Assembly (NCBI GenBank): GCA_040767085.1 | Contig: JAXGPF010000006.1 | Coordinates: forward strand, 64,001-128,000 | Reading direction: 5' to 3' | Length of the DNA: 64,000 bases | Source: Kiritimatiellia bacterium | GTDB taxonomy: Bacteria > Verrucomicrobiota > Kiritimatiellia > JAAZAB01 | Shown: positions 8,111 to 17,528 of the stretch, piece after piece | Layout of the letters: every line of letters starts with the position of its first letter | Position numbering within the stretch: the stretch's first letter is position 1 | Program-made: the position numbers and the translations under genes | Notes under the pieces: generated by a model | The model's database searches: none | Told to the model about the DNA's origin: nothing | What the model saw: only the letters and a program-made list of their open reading frames with translations

Positions 8111-10666
8111 TCATTCGAACAAGGTCAACTGGAACTGGTCCGTGCGGATTTTGCGGGGCCGGCGCACTGCCAGTTTGGGCTGGCCGGCTTCGCCCAGTTC
8201 GCCTTCTTCGAGGTTGAGCAGGATTTCGCCGGCGCGTTCGACCACTTCCGGCGGCAAGCCCGCCAGCCGGCCAACCTGGATGCCGTAACTCTTGTCGGCG
8301 CCGCCAGGCGCGATCTTACGCAGGAAAACCACGCGATCGCCCTGCTCCCGCGCCAGCACGTTGTAGTTTTTGACCCCGGACAGGGTCCGGGCCAGGTCGG
8401 TCAATTCATGGTAATGCGTGGCGAACAGTGCCCGGGCGCCGATCTTGTCGTGCAGGTACTCGGCTACCGCCCAGGCGATGCTGATGCCGTCAAAAGTGCT
8501 GGTGCCGCGTCCGATTTCATCGAGGATCACCAGGCTGCGCGGGCCGGCATTGTTGAGGATGTTGGCGGTTTCCTGCATTTCCACCATGAAAGTGCTCCGG
8601 CCGCGCGCCAGGTCGTCCCCGGCGCCGACGCGGGTGAAGACGCGGTCCACCGCGCCGATTTCCGCCGCCGATGCGGGCACAAACGACCCCATCTGGGCCA
8701 TGATGACAATCAGGGCCGCCTGGCGGATATAGGTTGATTTCCCGGCCATGTTGGGCCCGGTGATGATGTGCAGGCGGTTGGCCCCGCCGTCCAGCAGGAC
8801 GTCGTTGGGCACGAACCGCTCGCCTTCCAGCACCTGCTCCACCACGGGATGCCGGCCGTCGCGGATGACGATGGCATCGTCCTCGGTGATTGTCGGACGC
8901 GTATAGCGCAGCGCCACCGCGCGGTCGGCCAGCGCGGCCAGCGCGTCCAGCGCGGCCAGGGCGGCGGCCGCGCGCTGGATGGCGGCGGTTTCCTGTAGCG
9001 CGGCGGCGCGGATACCGGCGAACAGTTCCTGTTCCAGCAGGATGGCGCGGTCATGCGCGCCGATGATCCTGGCTTCATACTCCCGCAGTTCCGGCGTGAT
9101 GAACCGCTCGGCATTCACCAGGGTCTGCTTGCGGGAGTAATTTTCCGGCACGTTGCCGCACTGGCCCTTGGAGACTTCGATGTAATAGCCGAAAACCCGG
9201 TTATGCCGGATTTTCAAAGTCTTGATGCCCGTGCGCTGCTGTTCCTGCGTCTGGTATTCCGCCAGCCAGTCGCGCCCGGAGGCCGCCGCCGCGCGCAACT
9301 CGTCCAAGGGCGCGTGGTAGCCCGGCCGGATCATGCCGCCTTCCTTCACCGTGGCGGGCGGCTCGTCCACCAGGGCGCGGTCAATCAGCGCCACGAGATC
9401 CGGCTGGGGTTCGATGCCCGCCGCCAATTCCCGCGCCGCCGGCGCGGCGGCGGCGTCCAGCCGGCGCCGGATTTCCGGGAGCATCGAGAGCGACTGCCCG
9501 AGCGCCCTGACATCCCGCGCGTTGCCCCCGCCGCCTTCCAGCCGCGCGATGATCCGCTCCAGGTCGCGCACCTGGCCCAGCAGCTCGCGCAACTCGCGCA
9601 GCAAGGCCCGCTCGCTGGTAAAAAACTCCACCGCATCCAGACGCCGGCGGATGGCGGCGGGCCGGACCAGCGGGCGCATCAGCCAGTCCCGCAGCAGGCG
9701 TCCGCCCATGGCCGTGCAGGTGGCGTCCAGCACATCCAGCAGGCAGGCCGCCGCGGGCCGGCCCGGGCGCGCGCCGGCGGCCGGGAGGCCGGCCGCGCCC
9801 GGCCGGAGCGCCGGCCGCGCCGCCACCAGTTCCAGGTTGACGCGCGACGCCTCGTCCATCAGTAGAAAGTCCTCCTGGCTGCGGATCGCCAGCCGCCGCA
9901 CGTGGGCGACATTGCGGCTTAAGGTGTTTTTAACATAGTACAGCGCCGCGCCGGCCGCGCCGACCAGGGCCGGACAATCCGCGCAGCCGAATCCGTCCAA
10001 CGACTGCACGCCGAAGTGGCGGGTCAGCAGATCGCCGGCAGACGCCGGATCGAAAGTCCAATCGTCCTGCGGGGTCAATATCATTTCCGGCCGCGTTTGG
10101 CGCAGCCATTCCAGCGCCCCGCCCGGCTCGAGCATGTCCGCCGGCGCCACGCACTCCGAGGGCGCCAGCCGGGCCAGGGTTTCCTCCACGCCCGCCCGGT
10201 TCGCGGCTTTCTCGGCGTAAAACTCGCCGGTGGACAAATCCAGCGCCGCCAGGCCGAACACGCCGTCGCGGGCATACACGCCGGCGAGATAGTTGTTGCG
10301 GTTGGCGTCCAGCACCTGGTCGGCCACCACGGCCCCGGGCGTCACGATACCAGTGACTTCCCGGCGGACGATGCCCTTGGCGGTGGCCGGATCCTCCACC
10401 TGGTCGCAGATCGCAACCTTCCGGCCCGCGCGGATCAGGCGGGCAAGATACATCTCCGCGGCATGATGGGGCACGCCGCACATCGGCACCCCCTGGCGCT
10501 TGGTGAGGGTGATATCCAGCAGGCGCGACACCTCCAGGGCATCCTCGAAAAACATCTCGTAAAAATCACCCAGCCGGAAAAACAGGATGGCGTCCGCCGG
10601 CAGCTTGGCCTTGATCTGCCGGTACTGCTGCATCATGGGAGTTATGCTGTCGGACTTGCTCGTCAT
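8111..10666 (-). CDS. mutS: DNA mismatch repair protein MutS
   Basis: TPMMQQY, GDFYEMF, GPNMAGKST, STFMVEM, DEIGRGTST, ATHYHEL, SYGI. Confidence 0.98.
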   Translation of the reverse strand: MTSKSDSITPMMQQYRQIKAKLPADAILFFRLGDFYEMFFEDALEVSRLLDITLTKRQGVPMCGVPHHAAEMYLARLIRAGRKVAICDQVEDPATAKGIVRREVTGIVTPGAVVADQVLDANRNNYLAGVYARDGVFGLAALDLSTGEFYAEKAANRAGVEETLARLAPSECVAPADMLEPGGALEWLRQTRPEMILTPQDDWTFDPASAGDLLTRHFGVQSLDGFGCADCPALVGAAGAALYYVKNTLSRNVAHVRRLAIRSQEDFLLMDEASRVNLELVAARPALRPGAAGLPAAGARPGRPAAACLLDVLDATCTAMGGRLLRDWLMRPLVRPAAIRRRLDAVEFFTSERALLRELRELLGQVRDLERIIARLEGGGGNARDVRALGQSLSMLPEIRRRLDAAAAPAARELAAGIEPQPDLVALIDRALVDEPPATVKEGGMIRPGYHAPLDELRAAAASGRDWLAEYQTQEQQRTGIKTLKIRHNRVFGYYIEVSKGQCGNVPENYSRKQTLVNAERFITPELREYEARIIGAHDRAILLEQELFAGIRAAALQETAAIQRAAAALAALDALAALADRAVALRYTRPTITEDDAIVIRDGRHPVVEQVLEGERFVPNDVLLDGGANRLHIITGPNMAGKSTYIRQAALIVIMAQMGSFVPASAAEIGAVDRVFTRVGAGDDLARGRSTFMVEMQETANILNNAGPRSLVILDEIGRGTSTFDGISIAWAVAEYLHDKIGARALFATHYHELTDLARTLSGVKNYNVLAREQGDRVVFLRKIAPGGADKSYGIQVGRLAGLPPEVVERAGEILLNLEEGELGEAGQPKLAVRRPRKIRTDQFQLTLFE

Positions 10667-10767
10667 CGGTTATTTCCCGCTTTACCCGCCATCCGCATGA
10701 AGGAGTAATTTACACCCATTGACCAGAGTTGTAAATAACAGGATTGCCGCATGGCATTTCTAATCAG

Positions 10768-11047
10768 GGCTGCGTCATTCCCAGAACAGACGGCCATTCG
10801 ACAGGGCTCATGGCAGGCTCGGTGCGGCATGCCCGGCATAGCTTCAGCGTAGCCGGCAGGGATATCTTGACCTGCCTCCGGAATCCGTATGCATGCTTCG
10901 GTAGGGCGGCCAGCTTGCCCAGCGTAGCCTTGGCAAAGCCTGGGTCCCTTGGCCGCCTCTGATCCGGAACGGCGCGCTCGGAGATCGCGCCCTACCTCCG
11001 GAATGGCGTGCAAGGCGCGGGATCGAGCCGCCGAGAATGACGCAGCC
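10768..11047. mobile_element. ~280-bp non-coding element bounded by 13-bp inverted repeats and containing a REP pair
   Basis: GGCTGCGTCATTC (10768-10780) and GAATGACGCAGCC (11035-11047). The same terminus adjoins REPs near 40359 and 51078. Confidence 0.55.
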
Positions 11048-11085
11048 GTGTATTTCTGGTTGCCAACACCAACCGTCATATATAG

Positions 11086-11320
11086 AGTGTCCGGGATTCA
11101 CGGTTCAGGGATGCCGGAGGTTCAACGGTGGTTTGATGTTGGAATTGGTTGAAAGTTTTCTGGGACAGTGTCCGGTATTCAGTGTTCCGAGAACCTCTAT
11201 TAACCATGAAACCTTAACACCCTAACACCTTAAAACCTTAAAACCTTAACACCCTAACACCTTAAAACCCTAACACCCTAACACCTTAAAACCTTAAAAC
11301 GTTAAAACGTTAGTTTTGGG
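11086..11320 (+). repeat. Composite interspersed element ending in an 8-mer tandem array ACC(T/C)TAA(A/C) x12
   Basis: Array at 11211-11313 counted unit by unit (last units ACGTTAAA). The body aligns with the reverse complement of 24186-24408. Confidence 0.85.
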
Positions 11321-11332
11321 CCAGGAGCAAAC

Positions 11333-12349
11333 ATGGCGGAAGTAATTGCGGCGCGGGTAGAGGTCTGCGATGATCGAAATCAGAAATATACCGTGCCATA
11401 TTGGCGGGTGCGTTCGGGCAAAAACGGCCCATGCCTGCTGGTGACAGCGGCGATTCACGGCACGGAACTCCACGGGGTGGAATCCATCCGGCGTTTTCTG
11501 CCGCTGGCGGCGGACGGCCTGGCCCGGGGGGAATGCCTGCTGGTGCCGGTAGCCAACCCCCTGGCGGTGCAAAAACGGCAGCCGCATATGGACTTCGATT
11601 CGCGCCGTTATTTCGGCACCGATACGCGCCACAACGCCAATTGCGTCTGGCCCGGCGCCGCCGGCGGCAACAACGCCGAGCGGTTGGCGCATGCGCTTTT
11701 TCAACAAGTCGTGCCGCGGGCCACGCATCTGATCGATCTGCACGCCTATTCCCGCATCTGGGCGCCGGTTGTCTATGCCCGCACCAATTACGCGCCAAGC
11801 CTGCAACTGGCGCGCGCGGCGGGATTGCGCTTCGGACGCCATAGCGATGCCTACCCGGACGCCGCTCAACGCCCGGTGTTTCCCTGCATCCTCTCGACGC
11901 TCTTCAACGAGACCGACCGCACGGCCATCGCCATCGAGTTGTCCGGCCAATGCGTTATCGCGGAGGCGGAGGCTGCCTGCGGCCTGCGCGCCATTGTCAA
12001 CTGCTGCAAGTCACTGGAGATGCTCCCGGGCGAGCCGGAAATTCTGTCCGGCCCCATGGTCTGGCTGAATGACGCCCGCGAATTGAAAATCGCCGCGCCG
12101 CATGCCGGCTTGTTCATCCCCGCGCCCGTGGCGCTGGGCGGACGCCTGGAAAAAGACGCTCTGTTAGGTTGCGTGCTGGACCTGCAGGATTTGCGCCAAA
12201 CGCCCGTGCGCGCCCCGGCAGCCGGCTGGCTTTACCGGTTTGGCCCGATCCGGGGCGTCAGCAAAAACGACATTGCCGAAGATCCCATGACCGTGATGCA
12301 TCCTTACACCACGGCCGGTGAAATCCTGGCCATCATCCTGGGGGATTGA
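11333..12349 (+). CDS. Succinylglutamate desuccinylase/aspartoacylase family (peptidase M14-like) metallohydrolase
   Basis: AAIHGTE, VPVANP, IDLHA, IELSG; C-terminal barrel-sandwich (IAAPHAGLF). Confidence 0.85.
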   Translation: MAEVIAARVEVCDDRNQKYTVPYWRVRSGKNGPCLLVTAAIHGTELHGVESIRRFLPLAADGLARGECLLVPVANPLAVQKRQPHMDFDSRRYFGTDTRHNANCVWPGAAGGNNAERLAHALFQQVVPRATHLIDLHAYSRIWAPVVYARTNYAPSLQLARAAGLRFGRHSDAYPDAAQRPVFPCILSTLFNETDRTAIAIELSGQCVIAEAEAACGLRAIVNCCKSLEMLPGEPEILSGPMVWLNDARELKIAAPHAGLFIPAPVALGGRLEKDALLGCVLDLQDLRQTPVRAPAAGWLYRFGPIRGVSKNDIAEDPMTVMHPYTTAGEILAIILGD

Positions 12350-12355
12350 GTCTTA

Positions 12356-15241
12356 ATGCAATTGGAACCCGTGCCGGCGCAACCGCCGGAATCTTCGTGG
12401 AAGTTCGTGGAGGAACTCCGGCAGCCCCGGCACCAGCCGCGCCCCTGGCGCCGCCGCCAGCCGCGGCCGGGCGAAATCAGCCTGGCCGCCGGCGTGGAAA
12501 TCATGCCGGGATTCGATGATCCGGACAATTGTCTGGAAACCGCTTACGCCGACTTGCGCGCCTTCCTGCAGGCCGCTGCGATCCCCGCCGGCGGCGGTTA
12601 CCGCATCGCCACCGGCCGCGCGCCGACCCCCTGTTTTGAAGCCTACCGGCTGGAAATCGCGGCGGACGGCTGCCGGATTCTGGCGGCCGACGCCGAGGGC
12701 ATCCGGCGCGGCATTTATTTTCTGGAAGACGAAATCGCGCGCGCCGGCGGCCCGTTCCTCAAGCCCGGCGTGACGGAGCGGCGGCCGGCGGTCAAGACCC
12801 GGGTGTCCCGCTGTTTCTTCGGCCCCATCAAGCGCCCGCCGAAAATGCGCGACGAATTAATGGACGAGGTTGATTACTACCCGGACCATTACCTGGCCCG
12901 CCTGGCCTATGAGGGCGTCAACGGACTCTGGCTGACGGTGGCATTCCAGGACCTGGCGCGCACCGACCTGGCGCCGGAATACGGCGCGGACCGCGAGCGG
13001 CGCCTGGCCAAGCTGCGGCGCACCATCCGGCAATGCCGCCGCTACGGCATCAAAATCTACCTGTTTACCATCGAGCCGCTGGCCTGGTCCCTGGATTCCC
13101 CGGTACTGCGCCGGCATCCGGAACTGGGCGGGATACGTCTGAATGACCGTGTGGCTTTCTGCCCTTTTTCGGATACCGCCCGGCGTTATCTCCACGATTG
13201 CCTGCGCAGCATTTTTGACGACGCCCCGGGCCTCGGAGGACTGATCAACATCAGCCTGGGCGAGCGCGGAACCACCTGCGCGCTGCGCGGCGTCCCATGC
13301 CAGACCCTGTGCCGGCGCGGCATCCAGGCGCAGCCCTGGGAAATCCTCCAGGAAACCATGGCCGCCATGCTCGCCGGCATGCACGCCGCCGATCCGGCGG
13401 CGGAATTGATCTGCTGGCTCTATGTTCCAGGCAACAGCACCGGCAGCGCGCCCGCCAATTTCGAGTGGATTAAAGACATCGCCGGACATATCCCGCCCGG
13501 GGTGATCTTCCAGTATAATTTCGAGTCCAACGGCGAGAAGGAGCAGTTGGGCAAGCCGCGGCATGCCGGCGACTACTGGCTTTCGTACGTCGGGCCCAGC
13601 GGTATTTTCGAGGAATGCGCCGCGCGCGCCCGGGCGGCCGGCGCGCGGGTTGCGGCCAAGCTGCAAGTGGCCTGCTCGCATGAAGTGGCGACCGTGCCCT
13701 ACGTCCCAGTCCCGTCAAGCCTGTATCGCAAATACGCCGGGATGCGCCGGCTGGATGTCAGCGCCGTGATGATGTGCTGGTATTTCGGCAATTTTCCGGG
13801 AATCATGAACAAGGCGGCCGGCGAACTGGCCTTCGAGCCATTCCCGGCCAGCGAGCGCGAATTCCTGCGCCGGCTGGCCGCGATCAACTGGGCCGACCGC
13901 GCGGATGACGCCGCGCGCGCTTACGAGCTGCTCTGGCGCGGGTATGAAAATTATCCGGTCAACTGCATGATGCAGTACTATGGGCCGATGCACGACGGTC
14001 CGGTCTGGCCGCTGTTCCTGGCCCCGGCGGACGCCCCCCTGGCGCCGACCTGGCTCTTGAAAATGGATTACAGCGGCGACCGCATCGGGGAGGCTATTAA
14101 CTATTCCCATGCGCTCGAGGAAGTGCTGGAACTCTGCGGCGCCATGAGCCGGGATTGGAACCGCGGCGTCGCCATCCTGAAGAATCTGCTGCGCGACTTT
14201 GACGGCCGGCCCGACCGCGCCCGCGAAGTCGGCATCGCCGAGGCGCTGGGGATTCATTTCCAGAGCGCCAGCCATATTTTCCGGTTTTACGCCCACCGCG
14301 AAAGGCTGTTCCATGGCGAAGTCCGCGACCCGCGGGCAACCTTGCAGGCCATGCGCGGAATTGTGGAGGCGGAGTTGGCGCTCGATGCGCGGCTGCTGGA
14401 ACTGGCGGAAGCCGACGCCACGCTCGGTTTCCATCCCGAGGCCGAAGGTTATAAATACTTCCCGGCCAAAATCCGCTGGCGGATGCGGCAGTTGCAAAAC
14501 CTCCTGGAGGTTGATTTTCCGCGGTTGGCGGAACAAATCCGCGGCGGCGGGCCTTTATTCCCGGAGTACACCGGCAAAACCATCACCGGCCTGGCCGCCG
14601 CTTGCCCGCGGCGGCCGGCCGCCGGCGGCGATAACTGGGGGAAGCGGCCCTGGGAGACTAACCGCCATCTTACCGCGCAGCATATGCTGACCGCCAGTCC
14701 GGCGGCCGCCGGACCGGGTGAATGGCAAGCCGCCTGGCAGGCGGCGCAGGACGCCGATGCGCTCTACTTCCGGGCGCGCTGCCCCGCCGCCGGCGCGGCG
14801 GAAATCTGGCGGAAAACTTTCCCGGGGCAGGAAATTCCGGCCGTCAACGCGACTGAAACGCTGGCGATCGAAATCGAGCCGCGCCGGCTCTGGCCGACGG
14901 AAACTTTCCTGATTGACCGCGCCGGCCATGTCGCTTACCGGGCCGTCAGCGGCCGGCGCCAGTCCGGCAACTGGAGCCAGTCAGGCGGCTGGAGCATCCT
15001 GGAGCGCGCGGAGGATGAAAATTTCTGGACGTTTACATTCCGCCTGCCCTGGTCTTTCTTCGAGGGCATGGTGGTCCCCGGCCGGCCCATCCGGGTCAAT
15101 GTCATCCACCGCTGGGAGCCGGGCGCCGCGGGCATCGCCGTCTGGTCCAGTTGGGCGCCGCCGGCGCGCCCGCCCTTCGCGCGCCTGGGTTATGGATACG
15201 CCACGCCCGCCGAGTTGGGCTGGCTGGCAGCGTCAGGCTAA
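12356..15241 (+). CDS. Large hypothetical protein: GH20-N/zincin-like domain plus probable TIM barrel (unclassified glycoside hydrolase-like)
   Basis: 961 aa with strong GC3 bias. EAYRLEI...ILAADAEGIRRGIYFL resembles the hexosaminidase N-domain; LAYEGVNGLW and YGIKIYL resemble barrel strands. Confidence 0.65.
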   Translation: MQLEPVPAQPPESSWKFVEELRQPRHQPRPWRRRQPRPGEISLAAGVEIMPGFDDPDNCLETAYADLRAFLQAAAIPAGGGYRIATGRAPTPCFEAYRLEIAADGCRILAADAEGIRRGIYFLEDEIARAGGPFLKPGVTERRPAVKTRVSRCFFGPIKRPPKMRDELMDEVDYYPDHYLARLAYEGVNGLWLTVAFQDLARTDLAPEYGADRERRLAKLRRTIRQCRRYGIKIYLFTIEPLAWSLDSPVLRRHPELGGIRLNDRVAFCPFSDTARRYLHDCLRSIFDDAPGLGGLINISLGERGTTCALRGVPCQTLCRRGIQAQPWEILQETMAAMLAGMHAADPAAELICWLYVPGNSTGSAPANFEWIKDIAGHIPPGVIFQYNFESNGEKEQLGKPRHAGDYWLSYVGPSGIFEECAARARAAGARVAAKLQVACSHEVATVPYVPVPSSLYRKYAGMRRLDVSAVMMCWYFGNFPGIMNKAAGELAFEPFPASEREFLRRLAAINWADRADDAARAYELLWRGYENYPVNCMMQYYGPMHDGPVWPLFLAPADAPLAPTWLLKMDYSGDRIGEAINYSHALEEVLELCGAMSRDWNRGVAILKNLLRDFDGRPDRAREVGIAEALGIHFQSASHIFRFYAHRERLFHGEVRDPRATLQAMRGIVEAELALDARLLELAEADATLGFHPEAEGYKYFPAKIRWRMRQLQNLLEVDFPRLAEQIRGGGPLFPEYTGKTITGLAAACPRRPAAGGDNWGKRPWETNRHLTAQHMLTASPAAAGPGEWQAAWQAAQDADALYFRARCPAAGAAEIWRKTFPGQEIPAVNATETLAIEIEPRRLWPTETFLIDRAGHVAYRAVSGRRQSGNWSQSGGWSILERAEDENFWTFTFRLPWSFFEGMVVPGRPIRVNVIHRWEPGAAGIAVWSSWAPPARPPFARLGYGYATPAELGWLAASG

Positions 15242-15254
15242 TCGGCTCGCTAAG

Positions 15255-15389
15255 GATTATGCCAAAGGCATGACAAGGAGCTTTATCCCGCTCCTGGCGG
15301 GATCGCCCTACCTTCGGGATGGCGTGCGGCCTTCCTACCCGGAGCGGCGCGCAAGGCGCGGGCCGCGCTGGCGGCACTGCGCGCCCTAC
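15255..15389 (-). repeat. REP-derived composite repeat
   Basis: A ~55-nt block (tgacaagg..tttatcccgct.cctggcgggatcgccct) is shared with 49460-49516 and followed by cgcgccctac. Confidence 0.65.
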
Positions 15390-15401
15390 CCCTGAGTCAG
15401 G

Positions 15402-17528
15402 CTAATAATACAGCCCGGAGTTGATCCCGCTGGCCACGACGCTGTAAAAAGCGTCGCGCACGCGCTGGTAGCCGGCGTCGTTGGGATGGTTGGCGCTTTC
15501 CGCCTCGATCAGCGAGGATTGCCAGCCGGATACGGCGGTGATGGCTTCGTAAACCTGCGCCACGGGGACATCCAAATCCGCGGCGATGTCGTAAATATAG
15601 GGATTGAACTCCAGAATCCGGGCATACTGGGCGCTGCGGTCAATCGTGGCGGTGGAAATCACCGGCGAAATCGTGGCCAGCACCAGGGGCATGCCCCGGT
15701 CCTGCGCCGCGCCGATCATACTGCGCAAATTGCTTGCGATTTGGGAATAGGAACGCGAGCCGCCCAGGTCGTTGATGCCTTCCATTAACAAAACCAGTTG
15801 CGGCACGTAAGTATCCAACATCGTCGCGAAACGGCCAATGCCTTCGCCCGTGTCTTCGCCGTCTTTGCCGACGTTGATGGAGACGAAATAATCGCCGAAA
15901 TGTTCGTTCAGCTTGTTTTCCAGCAGGATCGGATACCCGGTGGCGGGACTTTGCGAACTGCTGCCGTAGCCGTAAGTGATGCTGTCGCCGAAACACAGGA
16001 AATAAAACGACTGGTTGCGGGTTGCGGATACCGGCTGCCACGCGCCGCCGGCCCCGCCCAGGGTGGCCTGCATGCCCGCGTAATGGCTCCCGGAAAACAT
16101 CACCCCCCAGGCCCCGGACGCCACCTGGCGCACCATCGGATCGGCCTTGCCGTCCCCGTCGTAATCCGCCGGTTCCGGCCGGCAGCCGGCGCCGCCCCAG
16201 AGGGCGGATACCATGGCGTATTCCGCGCCGGACATCATCACCACCCACTTGCCCGTGCCGGTATGATACAAGGCCGGATCGGCCTTGCCGTCCCCGTCGT
16301 AATCCGCCGGCGCCGCCCGGTACCATGGCCCGCCGAATACCGTCCGGAGCGGAGCATACTGCGCGGCGGAGGACAAGATCAGCCAGACGCCCTGCCCTTC
16401 GTGCTGCAGCGCCGGATCGGTCAGGCCGTCCCCATCGTAGTCCGCCGGCACCGGCCGCCAGCCGCGGCCGCCGAACTCGATCCATAAATCCTGGTCCGGC
16501 ATGCTGGACGGCCGGACGCGCCAGACGCCCTGCGCCTCATGATACAGCGCCGGATCGGCGATGCCGTCGCCGTCAAAATCGCCGGCCAGCGGCCGGTATT
16601 GATCCCCGCCGAAGTACAGCGTGGCCATGCGGTATTCGTCGCGCGATTGCAGCACCGCCCACATCCCGGAACTTTCGTTATACACCGCCGGATCGGCCCG
16701 GCCATCGCCGTCATAATCGCCGCAGAGCGCGGCAAACTCGCGGCCGCCGAAGTTGAAGATCGTCTCGGCGTAATTCCAGCCGGACAGGTAAGCCCGCCAG
16801 GTCTGGTCAACGGCGTTATACAAAACCAGATCCGCCTTGCCGTCACCGTCATAATCGCGGGCGGCCGCCGCCCGCCGCCAGCCTTCCGCGCCGGCGCTGA
16901 ACTCGCCGACAATATCGCTGGCAGACACACCCCGCACCCGATATACATAGCGCTGCGCCGGCCGGGCGGATTCATCCAGGCAAGCGGTGGACGCCGTATT
17001 GGTCAAAAGGATTGCGGAAGCTTCGTCGTTGGTCGAGAGATGGCGCCAGACCTGGTATTTCACGGCGTAGGCTGCCGGCGCCCATGCCAAAGCCACCGCG
17101 TTGAACAGCGTGCCGGTGCCGGCCGTCAGACCGCGGGGCGCCGCCAACCGGCAATAGCCCATCGCGCCGGCGCTGAACGCGCTGTTGGTCAAGCCGTCGC
17201 TGGACTTGATCCAGTAATAATAGTAAACGCCCGGCGCGGCGCCGGCATCGTCGTAATACAGGTTGGCGGTTTCAGCCGTTAGCGATGCGGCTTCGGCCAC
17301 ATCGCCGGTATGGCGGAAAACAAAATAATTAGATGCGCCGGCCGCGGCTTCCCAGGTCAGATTGACCCGGTTGGTGTAATCGCCGGCGGTGGCCGTCACG
17401 TTGGCGGGCGGTACCAAAGCCAGCGCCGCCCCGGCGCCCGCCAGGCCGTACCAGCCGGCCGCGAGCGCCAGACGGAGGCGGCGCCGCGCGCCGCGCTTAA
17501 CCCGCGCCTTGCCCCGGCAAATTTTCAT
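15402..17528 (-). CDS. Secreted protein: 2 FN3-like domains, 6 FG-GAP/VCBS repeats, C-terminal SGNH/GDSL hydrolase
   Basis: Signal peptide; six D(Y/F)DGDGxxD repeats; FGDSITYG, EGIND, NHPN blocks. ATG 17528 overlaps the upstream stop (ATGA). Confidence 0.85.
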   Translation of the reverse strand: MKICRGKARVKRGARRRLRLALAAGWYGLAGAGAALALVPPANVTATAGDYTNRVNLTWEAAAGASNYFVFRHTGDVAEAASLTAETANLYYDDAGAAPGVYYYYWIKSSDGLTNSAFSAGAMGYCRLAAPRGLTAGTGTLFNAVALAWAPAAYAVKYQVWRHLSTNDEASAILLTNTASTACLDESARPAQRYVYRVRGVSASDIVGEFSAGAEGWRRAAAARDYDGDGKADLVLYNAVDQTWRAYLSGWNYAETIFNFGGREFAALCGDYDGDGRADPAVYNESSGMWAVLQSRDEYRMATLYFGGDQYRPLAGDFDGDGIADPALYHEAQGVWRVRPSSMPDQDLWIEFGGRGWRPVPADYDGDGLTDPALQHEGQGVWLILSSAAQYAPLRTVFGGPWYRAAPADYDGDGKADPALYHTGTGKWVVMMSGAEYAMVSALWGGAGCRPEPADYDGDGKADPMVRQVASGAWGVMFSGSHYAGMQATLGGAGGAWQPVSATRNQSFYFLCFGDSITYGYGSSSQSPATGYPILLENKLNEHFGDYFVSINVGKDGEDTGEGIGRFATMLDTYVPQLVLLMEGINDLGGSRSYSQIASNLRSMIGAAQDRGMPLVLATISPVISTATIDRSAQYARILEFNPYIYDIAADLDVPVAQVYEAITAVSGWQSSLIEAESANHPNDAGYQRVRDAFYSVVASGINSGLYY

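Noticed and set aside
10663-11225. Small ORFs in REP-rich gaps (also 18823-19332, 40178-40534, 50577-51465)
   Set aside because: They are translations of repeat DNA; the same peptide strings recur wherever the repeats occur.
11211-11313. Telomere-like CCCTAA repeats or eukaryotic contamination
   Set aside because: The period is 8 nt, the array is internal and short, and it is part of a repeated bacterial intergenic element.
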